A program made the translations under genes and the position numbers. From the IMG/VR virus record IMGVR_UViG_3300001580_000011, positions 1 to 64,000 of that record: a stretch of 64,000 nt of DNA; one strand, given 5' to 3'. Positions 19,553 to 28,639 of this stretch are shown one piece after another. The stretch comes from a virus (Duplodnaviria > Caudoviricetes). The notes beneath the pieces were generated by a model, which ran no database searches, was not told where the DNA came from, and was given only the letters and a program-made list of their open reading frames with translations. Position 1 is the stretch's first letter. Every line of letters starts with the position of its first letter.

Positions 19553-21745
19553 ATGAAACTTGAAATTGAAAAGATTCAATGGAAAAACTTTTTCAGTTAT
19601 GGAAAAGTAATGCAAGAGATTCTACTTCAGCCTGGATTGAACCTTATTTTGGGTAATGATATAACCAAAGATAGAAGTAATGCTGTAGGTAAATCTGGTT
19701 TTCTTGAAACAATCCCATTCGCACTATTTGGGAAAGTGAACAGGAATGTCAGAAAAGAAAGTATCATTAATTGGAAAAATAGAAAAAATTGTGAAGTATA
19801 TCTTACCTTTAAGAAAGGGGGGATAGAGTATGTCATTCATCGTGCGTTGAAACCCGATAAACTCGAAGTATATCAGGATGGTAAACAGCTACCAACACCT
19901 TCTCATAAAATTGATTATCAAAGACAGATAGAAGAAGATATTTTGGGTATTGACTTTAAAACATTTATGTCATTGGTATATTCCAATCTCAATTCTTCTC
20001 AACCTATTTTGAGTATGACAGCGGGCAATAAACGAAAGTTTATTGAAACTGTATTTGGTCTTGAATTGTTTACTCAATTACATAATAAATGTAATGAAAA
20101 ATTGAAGTCTGTTGCAGAAAAAACTTTCACATATAAGACCAAGAAAGAGTATCTTGAGAAGTCTATGGAGGATTTGCAGAAACAAATTATTGAAGGACGA
20201 TCTCAATTATATAATATCACTTCTTTTGAGGCTGAATTGTCGGTTGCTAAGGATGAATATAACAAGACAAAAGTAGGTTCTCCCGCCAAGAAATTGGAAA
20301 GTTTGAAAGAAAAACTTTCCAAGAAACAATCTGAACTCCAATCACTTAGAAAAAAATTATACGAAAGTGATTCTAAAGTTATGCATATAAAAGGTCAGAT
20401 AGAAATTCTCGATGGTGAGCTCGAAAAAATTGGTGATGTTGAAAAAGATACCGAAACATTCGATAGGATAAAAAAGGAATATAATTCAGCATATCAATCA
20501 CCTTTAATTACATCTCAAATTGATAGCTTGAATGATGAATTGATGGATTTATCTATTAAATTGGATAAATTGAGAACCGATCTTGATATCATAAATCATG
20601 ATATTATAGAAAATAATGTTACAATAAAATCTTCCAGTTCTTCTCTTGAATTGTTGATGGGTGTTAGTATTTGCCCAACCTGTGGAACATTGATTGATAG
20701 TAACCGAATCGCTAAAGATAAAGATAAGAATGTAAAAGAAGTGAAGAAAAAACTTGCTATTCTTGATAAAAAGAAAAAAACACTTGAAAATTTAATGAAG
20801 AGTGGAAAGGATAGAAGGATAGAAATCCAAGAATCTATAAAAAATCTGACCGAGTTGAAAATAAAACAAATTGAATTGGGTGCTCAATTAACATCTTTCT
20901 CACACCTCGATGAAAAGATAAAAAATAAAAAACTTCTTTGTAAGGAAAAGAAAGAAAAAGAAAAAGAGTTGTTAATTCATAAAAAAGAATATAATTCCAT
21001 AGAGAAAAAAATGGAAATTCTTAATGATGAAATTGGTGAATTTGATAAAGAACGTGCGGAATTAGAAGAAAGATTAGCAAGAGTTTCTACGCTAAAGAAT
21101 AAGATGATGTTATTGGAAGAAAAAGTTAGAAGTGAAACTGAAGCTAAAACCCGTCTTGAAAACCTTATTAAAGGCTATGAAGATAAATTATATGAAATTT
21201 CAAATGAAAAAAGGGGTATGTCAATTCAAATATCACGAATGTCTGGTATAAACGATTATCTCGATTTCGTAAAGCTTCTTTGCAGGGACGAACAAGTCAA
21301 ACAATATGCTATCAGTACTATTATTCCTTTCTTAAACAAACAAACAAATCGTTATCTGTCAGAGGTAGGACATTCGTTTTATGTTGTATTGGATAACTGG
21401 TTAGATGAAGAAATAAGAGGGCCGGGGATTGTTAATTGTTCATATGGTAACTTATCTGGTGGAGAAGCAAAGTCGGTAGATTTTGCATTACAAATGGCTT
21501 TATTGGATATTGCTAGAATACAGGCCGGAGTATTTCCAGACCTTCTTCAATTGGATGAAATCCTTGATAGTTCTGTTGATAGTTACGGTTTGGAAAAGAT
21601 ATTTCAAATTCTTAAAAACAAACAAATGGAAGATAAAGGTAAAGTATTTATTGTTTCTCATCGTCGCGAAGTCAATGATATTGATATAGACCACTGTTAT
21701 ATTGTAGAGAAGAAGGACGGTTTTTCGTATATACGTTTACAGTAA
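19553..21745 (+). CDS. Recombination ATPase subunit, gp46/Rad50/SbcC-like
   Basis: NFFSYG, NAVGKS, CPTCG zinc hook, LSGGE, LDE, SH. Confidence 0.93.
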   Translation: MKLEIEKIQWKNFFSYGKVMQEILLQPGLNLILGNDITKDRSNAVGKSGFLETIPFALFGKVNRNVRKESIINWKNRKNCEVYLTFKKGGIEYVIHRALKPDKLEVYQDGKQLPTPSHKIDYQRQIEEDILGIDFKTFMSLVYSNLNSSQPILSMTAGNKRKFIETVFGLELFTQLHNKCNEKLKSVAEKTFTYKTKKEYLEKSMEDLQKQIIEGRSQLYNITSFEAELSVAKDEYNKTKVGSPAKKLESLKEKLSKKQSELQSLRKKLYESDSKVMHIKGQIEILDGELEKIGDVEKDTETFDRIKKEYNSAYQSPLITSQIDSLNDELMDLSIKLDKLRTDLDIINHDIIENNVTIKSSSSSLELLMGVSICPTCGTLIDSNRIAKDKDKNVKEVKKKLAILDKKKKTLENLMKSGKDRRIEIQESIKNLTELKIKQIELGAQLTSFSHLDEKIKNKKLLCKEKKEKEKELLIHKKEYNSIEKKMEILNDEIGEFDKERAELEERLARVSTLKNKMMLLEEKVRSETEAKTRLENLIKGYEDKLYEISNEKRGMSIQISRMSGINDYLDFVKLLCRDEQVKQYAISTIIPFLNKQTNRYLSEVGHSFYVVLDNWLDEEIRGPGIVNCSYGNLSGGEAKSVDFALQMALLDIARIQAGVFPDLLQLDEILDSSVDSYGLEKIFQILKNKQMEDKGKVFIVSHRREVNDIDIDHCYIVEKKDGFSYIRLQ

Positions 21746-21765
21746 GAAATGAAAAGGTGTATATT

Positions 21766-21936
21766 ATGTTTAACGATATTGTTGCAACAGACAAGCCTGT
21801 TGATTATTATACATCAAAAAAAGTAGAGTCATATAGTAGTCCCGGTGGTGAGACAATTGATTTTTGTGATAACTGTTACAGATGGTTTTCATTTTATTGG
21901 GAATATAAGAAAAATATTTTTTGTGATAATTTATAA
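21766..21936 (+). CDS. Small hypothetical protein with N-terminal MFNDIV tag (56 aa)
   Basis: AAGGTG RBS; translated by eye MFNDIVATDK...FCDNL. Confidence 0.5.
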   Translation: MFNDIVATDKPVDYYTSKKVESYSSPGGETIDFCDNCYRWFSFYWEYKKNIFCDNL

Positions 21937-21959
21937 AATTAAATAATGGAGAAAATTTA

Positions 21960-23066
21960 ATGAGTATTACGTTTTTTGATGAGTTACAAAAAAAAATTGC
22001 ACGGAACGTGAAGGGCGTACATATGTCTGTTATGGCACAATCTGATATTGCTTCGATATCGGATTGGATTGAAACACCCAGTTATGATTTGAACAGAATT
22101 TTATCGGGAGATATCCACAGGGGCATTCCAAATAGAAGTCTTGTCGGGGTAGTTGGGCCAGAACATACGATGAAATCAAGTTTTATGATTCTCTGTATGG
22201 CACAAGCACAGAAACAAGGATATTATCCAATTATTATTGATACAGAGAGGGGTGTTGAGACAGATTTTTGTAAACGATGGGGACTCGATACAGATAATGC
22301 TTACTATATTTATACTCCGTGGGAAGATAAAATTCGATCAGTTCTTGCTCAATTGAAGGAAAGTAACCAAAGAAAGATGATTATTGGTATTGATTCTATG
22401 GGCGGAATTGACCGATATAAGATGTATGAAGATGCTCTTGGTGGTGAACCAAAGGCCGATCAAGGTTTATTGCAGAAGAATATCAGAGTTTTATTGAAAC
22501 TTCTTCTAAATATAGTTATAGAGCAGGAATCAATTGCCATCGTGACAGGTCATATGTACGGTAGTCCAAGTCCCGTTCCGATGCCAGATCAGATGGGTGG
22601 TGGTAAAGCTATGAGGCTGTTCCCGTCTATTCTTATTAATCTCAAAAAAACAGCCATCAAAAATAGTGAGAAAGAAGTTACTGGTAATGAGATTACAGCA
22701 ACTACGATCAAGAACCGTATGTATCCGCCGTTTCAACAGGCTACGGTGAGTATTGATTATAAAGAAGGTATCAATCCATATGCAGGATTGATACCGCTAT
22801 TGATTGAATCTGGTATTGTTAGTGTTGAGGGTAATACACATTATATTACATCAACAAAAGAGAAGATGGGTGTTGGTGTTACTAATGCTGAAAATAAGAT
22901 TATAAAATACCCAAAATTATTAGATGAATTAAATGTTTGGTTAAAAAATACTGGATACTCAAATGTCAATGCGGAAATTGAAAAGATTGTAACAGAAATG
23001 GAAGATGTGGCCGAAGTTGTAGAGAAAGAAGTATCAAAAAGTAAAAAGAGGGGTGGTAAGAAGTAG
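21960..23066 (+). CDS. uvsX: RecA-like recombinase, UvsX
   Basis: LNRILSG, GPEHTMKS Walker A variant, IDTE, IDS.G, GGG, K.R..P. Confidence 0.88.
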   Translation: MSITFFDELQKKIARNVKGVHMSVMAQSDIASISDWIETPSYDLNRILSGDIHRGIPNRSLVGVVGPEHTMKSSFMILCMAQAQKQGYYPIIIDTERGVETDFCKRWGLDTDNAYYIYTPWEDKIRSVLAQLKESNQRKMIIGIDSMGGIDRYKMYEDALGGEPKADQGLLQKNIRVLLKLLLNIVIEQESIAIVTGHMYGSPSPVPMPDQMGGGKAMRLFPSILINLKKTAIKNSEKEVTGNEITATTIKNRMYPPFQQATVSIDYKEGINPYAGLIPLLIESGIVSVEGNTHYITSTKEKMGVGVTNAENKIIKYPKLLDELNVWLKNTGYSNVNAEIEKIVTEMEDVAEVVEKEVSKSKKRGGKK

Positions 23067-23068
23067 TC

Positions 23069-23278
23069 ATGAAAGAGAAAGTTTTTGTTGAGCTTCCGAT
23101 TGGACCAAAGAAATATGAATTGGGTGAGTGTTTCCTAGAGGGAAATGCCATTATCAATCAAAAAGGAAATAAAAAGCCCGGTGAATGGGTAACTTACCTC
23201 AAAATAATTACCGTTCATCCAAATCAAAGAATTGAATATATTCCGGTTACGGAAAAATTGGAGGAAGATTATGAGTAG
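23069..23278 (+). CDS. Hypothetical protein
   Basis: ORF in operon. Confidence 0.55.
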   Translation: MKEKVFVELPIGPKKYELGECFLEGNAIINQKGNKKPGEWVTYLKIITVHPNQRIEYIPVTEKLEEDYE

Positions 23279-23606
23279 TGCTAAATCGTTATCTGTGTTT
23301 AGAGTAGAATATGAATTGATGAAGGATATGTCCGCGTGGACAGCTTTCATCGTAGCTTGGTCGCATGAGGAAGCATTGAGTACTCTTGCAAGAAGAGTCG
23401 GGCCGCACCATGTTATGACTTCTGGATTCCAAAGCCGTGTTGATGCTGTTTCCGATGAAGTAAGGTTCTGGATCGCCGAAAAGACTTTGGGAAAGCCAAA
23501 GGAAAAGAAGGCAGTGGAGATTAAAAAGGTGGAAAAAACAGAAGAACCAGAAGAAAATCAACCAGTTGTGGGGACAGAAAAAAAAGTTTCTCTTAAGAGA
23601 AAATAA
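23271..23606 (+). CDS. Hypothetical protein
   Basis: GGAGG RBS before ATG 23271. Confidence 0.6.
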   Translation: MSSAKSLSVFRVEYELMKDMSAWTAFIVAWSHEEALSTLARRVGPHHVMTSGFQSRVDAVSDEVRFWIAEKTLGKPKEKKAVEIKKVEKTEEPEENQPVVGTEKKVSLKRK

Positions 23607-23620
23607 TTTACAAAAAATAT

Positions 23621-23650
23621 GTTTACATTTGATGTTAGATAGGGTATAAT
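23621..23650 (+). promoter_or_regulatory. Early-type promoter of the Y-RNA/Ro60 unit
   Basis: GTTTACA-N17-TATAAT, same as other promoters in the window. Confidence 0.8.
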
Positions 23651-23768
23651 AATATCTAACACGGTGACAAACCGGAGATTCTCCCTTGTACTATTTGTCA
23701 TCTTTAACTATTAAATCCTATAAATGGATTTGGCCGACGGGGGGAGACAAGTCGGCTGTCGATAATAA

Positions 23769-23857
23769 CTATCAGTGGCGTAGGACGAGGTTACTTCATA
23801 CATTTGTCAAAATGACCGGGCTTCGGCCCATTTCCTTTTCCGCCTGTTCCCTGATAG
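23769..23857 (+). ncRNA. Y-RNA-like unit 1
   Basis: Terminal stem CTATCAG/CTGATAG; GTGGCGTA, TTACTTCA and TGTTCC conserved blocks; internal cUUCGg hairpin; upstream of Ro60. Confidence 0.7.
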
Positions 23858-23871
23858 CATTATATTGAAAA

Positions 23872-24002
23872 TAAATGGTGGCGTAGGACGCAGTTACTTC
23901 ATTTGATAGATGAGAAGGCGGGTTCAACTCCCGTACACCCCAACGAATATGGGGTGTGTTCCGGCGAACAAACAATTTCTGTTTCCGCTTGTTCCCCATT
24001 TA
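23872..24002 (+). ncRNA. YrlA-like Y RNA (unit 2) with circularly permuted tRNA-like domain
   Basis: Stem TAAATGG/CCATTTA; T-arm GCGGG-TTCAACT-CCCGT; loop-closed acceptor-like stem ACACCCCA/TGGGGTGT; D-like arm GTTC/GAAC. Confidence 0.8.
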
Positions 24003-24012
24003 CTGATATTTT

Positions 24013-24116
24013 GAGGGTGGCGTAGAACGAGATTACTTCATCGGGAACCAGAAAGTGATCCACTGTAAAGAGGAATCCACGCTGGTATAAAAGATCTTGT
24101 TCGTCTGTTCCCCTTC
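24013..24116 (+). ncRNA. Y-RNA-like unit 3
   Basis: Same conserved blocks; inner stem GAACGAGAT/ATCTTGTTC; cargo stem ACCAG/CTGGT. Confidence 0.7.
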
Positions 24117-24128
24117 TACTAATAATAT

Positions 24129-24194
24129 AAGGGTGGCGTAAAGTGGGCTTACTTCACTCCAAATGACATGATGGCTTACTTGATTGTTCCCCTT
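24129..24194 (+). ncRNA. Y-RNA-like unit 4 (minimal)
   Basis: AAGGG/CCCTT stem, GTGGCGTA, inner stem AAGTGGGC/GCTTACTT, TTACTTCA, TGTTCC. Confidence 0.7.
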
Positions 24195-24233
24195 TTTATA
24201 AAAAAATAATTTGTACATATGGAGGTATTTGAA

Positions 24234-25592
24234 ATGGCGACCACAAAGAAATTCCTTTCAAACCAAAACAAAACCCATGAGGGTGCTCCAGCATACCTTG
24301 ATCTAACTCCCGAGCAGAAGCTCAGGCGATCAGTTCTTTCCTGCATGTTATGGGAAAGGGAAGCCTACGAGAGCGGTGATACCATCGCTAATAGAATCAA
24401 AACCTTTATTCCGCTAGTAGAACCTGAAAAGGTGGCTAACCTTGCGATTGAAGCCCGTGAGAAGATGAAACTTCGCCATGTTCCGCTTTTTATCGTCAGG
24501 GAGATGGCCCGGATCAATTCCCATAAGTCACTTGTCGCTTCAACACTCGAAAGAGTTATCCAGAGAGCGGACGAACTTACGGAGTTTTTGGCTCTCTACT
24601 GGATGGACAAAAGGCAACCACTTTCCAAGCAGGTAAAGAAAGGTCTTGGAAAAGCCTTCTATAAATTCAACGAATACCAGTTTGCTAAATACAATCGTAA
24701 TGATACTGTAAAATTTCGCGATGTATTGTTCCTTACACATCCAAAGCCTCGTAATGATGATGAGGATATTCTTTGGAAGAAAATCATCGCAAACAAATTA
24801 GCGACACCTGAAACTTGGGAATCCCGAGCGGCCGCTGGTATGGATAAGAGAACAAATTTCGAAACTTTGCTTCGTGAGAACAAGTTAGGTGCTCTTGCAC
24901 TTATTCGTAATCTTCGTAATATGACCGCGGCGGGTGTTCCAGAGAGCCTTATCCGTGACGGAATCAACCATATGAAAACCGAAAAGATACTACCTTTCCG
25001 TTTCATCACTGCTCAGCGATACAGCGAGTCTTTCACGAAAGGTCTTGAAAATGCCATGTTTAAGTGTCTTGAGGGTCATGAGATGTTAGAAGGTAAAACA
25101 CTTCTACTTATTGATGTTTCTGGTTCGATGACCATGTTACTTTCAGCAAAGTCCGATCTTACAAGATTGGATGCTGCTACGGGTTTGGGCGTTCTTCTTC
25201 GTGAAATTTGTGAAGATGTTGTCATCTATTCCTTCTCTGGCAAAACAGTGAAGGTTTCCGATGGCCACGGTTTCGATCTTATTCATAAAATCACCAATAG
25301 TCAGCCAAATAACAGTACATATTTGGGTGAAGCCATCAAAAAAGTAAACGTCAGTGAAGAGTATGATCGCATCATCGTTATTACGGATGAGCAGTCTCGC
25401 GACCGTGTTGGTTCGCCTAAAGGTATGGGATATGTTATCAATGTTGCTTCTGCCCAAAATGGTGTAGGATACGGTGTTTGGAACCATATCGACGGTTTTT
25501 CAGAAAACGTAATTTCATATATTATGGAATACGAAAAGGAATTTGTGCACAAGCAATTGTCACAAAATGTAAAACATATTAATAATTTATAA
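24234..25592 (+). CDS. rsr: Ro60/Rsr TROVE-domain RNA-binding protein with C-terminal vWA
   Basis: THEGAPA, RADE, KY.R, HPKP, TWE, ALIRNLRN, LPFRF, DVSGSM MIDAS, ITDEQ; GGAGG RBS before ATG 24234. Confidence 0.92.
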   Translation: MATTKKFLSNQNKTHEGAPAYLDLTPEQKLRRSVLSCMLWEREAYESGDTIANRIKTFIPLVEPEKVANLAIEAREKMKLRHVPLFIVREMARINSHKSLVASTLERVIQRADELTEFLALYWMDKRQPLSKQVKKGLGKAFYKFNEYQFAKYNRNDTVKFRDVLFLTHPKPRNDDEDILWKKIIANKLATPETWESRAAAGMDKRTNFETLLRENKLGALALIRNLRNMTAAGVPESLIRDGINHMKTEKILPFRFITAQRYSESFTKGLENAMFKCLEGHEMLEGKTLLLIDVSGSMTMLLSAKSDLTRLDAATGLGVLLREICEDVVIYSFSGKTVKVSDGHGFDLIHKITNSQPNNSTYLGEAIKKVNVSEEYDRIIVITDEQSRDRVGSPKGMGYVINVASAQNGVGYGVWNHIDGFSENVISYIMEYEKEFVHKQLSQNVKHINNL

Positions 25593-25606
25593 GCTTCGTG
25601 TGAGAA

Positions 25607-25630
25607 AACTGCCGGATTAATCCGGCAGTT
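25607..25630. repeat. Perfect 24-bp palindrome
   Basis: AACTGCCGGATTAATCCGGCAGTT. Confidence 0.9.
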
Positions 25631-25725
25631 GAAAGCACGTTTAATGAAAGGCTTGATCATAGGAAAAAATATATCAAACAGAATATCATTCTACGATTAG
25701 GCCCTTTTAAATTGGGAGAAAAATA

Positions 25726-26580
25726 GTGTCAAAACTGTTGACTTGGAACGCACATAAAATAATCAACGATTCATTAAAAGGATCGCCTATCATAAATAAC
25801 ACACTTCCCGACGGGGATGCTCTTTTTCTTGATTATCTCCCGCCTACATCAACAGATTTCTTACAACAGGTGGAAGTTATCAAACATTATGTCAAGAAAA
25901 AGATAAACATCTTTATCTATGACAAAACACTTTCGATTAAATCTGATGAAGCAGAATGGTTGAAACATCAAAAGATTAAATTGTATGAACCGGCCTTGAA
26001 GTATAGAGACGGTTTCAAATACCTTCCCTTGTTTTGTCCTGTTCTTCATACCCTATCTACCATAAAACTTAATACAAGTGATCCTAGACCCGTTTCTGTG
26101 GGTTATAAGGGTATTATAGAAGATAAGGTGAAGTCCTTTGAGAAGTATTATGTAGAAATGGGTAAAAATTATCCTTCTACAACCATTCAATATAATAATC
26201 CAACCGGTTTAGATAAATCCAAAATAAACGACTATACTAATTTTAATGTCACGGAAAATACGGAACTGGAATATAAAAATATGAAATGTATGGTCCTTTT
26301 GGGCTCCTATTTTGATTATTCCATCGGATATTTACCCGACATCTTTACACCACTTTCACAAAATGTTATAATATTATTACCGGAAGAACATAGATACTAT
26401 CATTCTCTATTCAGTGATACGATTGTAAGGGGGGTTTCCGATATATCCTACTTCGAAAGTACATACGATTATACTTATATTGGATATATTGTTTCCATAT
26501 ACGAAAGGATTGAAAAATATTTTCCAGAAATGACGTTACAATATACACTTGATGTTATAAAAGAGGAATTGTGTTTATAA
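25726..26580 (+). CDS. Hypothetical protein
   Basis: 284-aa ORF, GTG start, GGGAG RBS. Confidence 0.6.
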   Translation: MSKLLTWNAHKIINDSLKGSPIINNTLPDGDALFLDYLPPTSTDFLQQVEVIKHYVKKKINIFIYDKTLSIKSDEAEWLKHQKIKLYEPALKYRDGFKYLPLFCPVLHTLSTIKLNTSDPRPVSVGYKGIIEDKVKSFEKYYVEMGKNYPSTTIQYNNPTGLDKSKINDYTNFNVTENTELEYKNMKCMVLLGSYFDYSIGYLPDIFTPLSQNVIILLPEEHRYYHSLFSDTIVRGVSDISYFESTYDYTYIGYIVSIYERIEKYFPEMTLQYTLDVIKEELCL

Positions 26581-26951
26581 AAAAATTATTAATACTTATA
26601 ATTTTTTTTAGTTTTGTTTTTATTACATATTCGTTTGCTTTAAACGATAAACCAAGACTTCTCACCGTGGGAGAAAGACAGGAAATATGTAAAAGTATGA
26701 ATGATATGGTTAAAGCTTTACAAATAAATCCTATTAATGGAAAAAAAGGATATATCAAATGCCTTGATAAAAGGGCGACGATTATTCAAATAGTAATGGA
26801 TGGAATGACAGAAAAAGAAGCTAATAATTTTTTTGGTAAGGATATTTTAAGAGACTTTGGTATTGCGGGATATAAAGAAATTTATTTTGAAAATCTTACC
26901 GGTGATAGATGGATTATAATATTGGAAAATAAAAAAGGAATTGGTTTATGA
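26571..26951 (+). CDS. Putative exported protein
   Basis: Signal-peptide-like N-terminus ending SFA. Confidence 0.55.
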   Translation: MFIKKLLILIIFFSFVFITYSFALNDKPRLLTVGERQEICKSMNDMVKALQINPINGKKGYIKCLDKRATIIQIVMDGMTEKEANNFFGKDILRDFGIAGYKEIYFENLTGDRWIIILENKKGIGL

Positions 26952-27163
26952 ATAGAGTGGCTGAGGTATTAACAAAAATCGGTAATGTTGTAATTTGGCA
27001 GGGTACAGATTTTCGTTCTATAAAAACAGGGGATTGTTTTCGATTGTTTGAATCCAATGATGGCTCTCAAGTAAAAGATGATCAGGGAAATACCCAATGG
27101 ATTGCAAAATCGGCCGCATATTTAAACCCAAAGGGTATATATGAAATAAAGGTAGAGGATTAA
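26948..27163 (+). CDS. Hypothetical protein
   Basis: ATGA overlap with upstream gene. Confidence 0.55.
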   Translation: MNRVAEVLTKIGNVVIWQGTDFRSIKTGDCFRLFESNDGSQVKDDQGNTQWIAKSAAYLNPKGIYEIKVED

Positions 27164-27167
27164 AGTT

Positions 27168-27938
27168 ATGAAGAAGGATACACTAGATAAAGCGTTTGAT
27201 GATTTGTCAGACATTATTAATGACCCAAAGAGGGTTTTGCACGTTGCTATTGTTATTGATGCATCGGGATCAATGAATCGTTTGAAACCGTTTGTAATCA
27301 AAACATTTAACGATCAATTGGAAGTTTTGAAAAAGGAAGCTGATGAAAAATTGGAAGTAAGGGTAAGTGTCCTTACGTTTTCATATCCAGAGATGATCAC
27401 ATTTCTTCGATGGGAAACCAATATTCATGATATTGAACCGATATTAGAAAATGAATATCGTCCTGATGGTTCAACGGCCTTATTTGATGGCATTGGTATG
27501 ATGATGGATCGCTTGAAAGAGGTTGACGATTACCTTAGTGAAAATTCGGCTTTCCTTCTTATGATCATTACAGACGGTGAGGAAAATTCCTCGCGTAGAT
27601 ATGGTTATAAGCAGATCAAGTCCCTTCTAGATGAAATGGAAGCCACAAAGAGATGGACTGTTACTTATTATGGTTCGGAACCTAAGGCAATAACAGAACA
27701 ATTTAATATTCATTCCGGTAATACGATGACGTTCAGTGCAGATGATGTAGCTTCTGGACTATATGCCCGGAGTAATATGAGAAGCACCAAGAGACATATG
27801 GATAATATCAAATTGGGTTCTTTTGCATCATCTGCTTATTATGTTGATCCAGCAGTGGGAAGTACAGATGCAGCAGGGGAAGATGCCTTGGATACTGTTG
27901 TTACATCCTCAACGGTGAAAATAAAAAGAAGAAGGTGA
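27168..27938 (+). CDS. von Willebrand factor A domain protein
   Basis: DASGSM, GSTALFDGIG, ITDGEENSS. Confidence 0.9.
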   Translation: MKKDTLDKAFDDLSDIINDPKRVLHVAIVIDASGSMNRLKPFVIKTFNDQLEVLKKEADEKLEVRVSVLTFSYPEMITFLRWETNIHDIEPILENEYRPDGSTALFDGIGMMMDRLKEVDDYLSENSAFLLMIITDGEENSSRRYGYKQIKSLLDEMEATKRWTVTYYGSEPKAITEQFNIHSGNTMTFSADDVASGLYARSNMRSTKRHMDNIKLGSFASSAYYVDPAVGSTDAAGEDALDTVVTSSTVKIKRRR

Positions 27939-27944
27939 AGTAGT

Positions 27945-28115
27945 ATGTCAACAAATTTAAATGAATTTGCAAAAAAGATTACATTGGAAGAAGGCTTGAA
28001 AATGTCGATTTCTATTGCACAAGCCAAAGAGATGCTTCGTATCATTCTTAAAGAGTTTGCTAAGATGGATGAAGAAGAAGTTATTAAGATTGTTCGTAGA
28101 TATAAAAACAAGTAA
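27945..28115 (+). CDS. Small helical hypothetical protein (56 aa)
   Basis: AAGGTG RBS; MSTNLNEFAKKIT...; weak resemblance to HU N-terminal helices. Confidence 0.5.
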   Translation: MSTNLNEFAKKITLEEGLKMSISIAQAKEMLRIILKEFAKMDEEEVIKIVRRYKNK

Positions 28116-28124
28116 AGGTGATAT

Positions 28125-28415
28125 ATGAAAACTGTGGATATAACGGTTAAAAAAAGCGCAACATATAATACGGGGAATTTTGGTAATATTCGTCCAGAGG
28201 TCGAATTGACATTGAAAGACGTTCCCGTAGAAAATCTTATATCGGAATATGCGAAATTATTAGATGTTTGTAATGCCATGTTTGCTATTAATACATTGGA
28301 ATTAATGGATGAATCCGATACTGTAAATACTATTGGTTTCAAACCATATCTTGATGCCTTGAGACAGAATAAACGTGAAATGGAAGAAATCATTGAGAGG
28401 TATCAACCAGAATGA
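28125..28415 (+). CDS. Hypothetical protein
   Basis: AAGGTGA RBS. Confidence 0.6.
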   Translation: MKTVDITVKKSATYNTGNFGNIRPEVELTLKDVPVENLISEYAKLLDVCNAMFAINTLELMDESDTVNTIGFKPYLDALRQNKREMEEIIERYQPE

Positions 28416-28639
28416 GAAAATGTCCTAATTGTAATTCCATATGGGTTTGTTGGAATTGGATGCACGTTACAAAAGAAAATATGGAAAAATTAAATCCAAC
28501 ACAATCTTTTTCTACCGATCAATGGTATCACGAATGTTGGGATTGTGAGAATGTTTTTGAAACAAGTGAAGAAGTATTCAATGGTATTGATTATGAAAAA
28601 CTAATAAGTCTGTGGACGGAGCCCGTAAAATGCAAGTAA
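28412..28639 (+). CDS. Zinc-ribbon protein
   Basis: CPNC...CWDC. Confidence 0.6.
   Translation: MRKCPNCNSIWVCWNWMHVTKENMEKLNPTQSFSTDQWYHECWDCENVFETSEEVFNGIDYEKLISLWTEPVKCK

Noticed and set aside
23872-24002. Canonical tRNA gene
   Set aside because: T-arm present but arm order is permuted, the acceptor stem is loop-closed and there is no anticodon loop; fits YrlA instead
23769-24194. CRISPR array
   Set aside because: Conserved blocks are short and split, unit lengths vary from about 66 to 131 nt, ends base-pair; no cas genes
23686-24218. ORFs 23686-23868, 23796-23999, 24033-24218
   Set aside because: No RBS, non-ATG or weak starts, and they overlap covarying RNA structures
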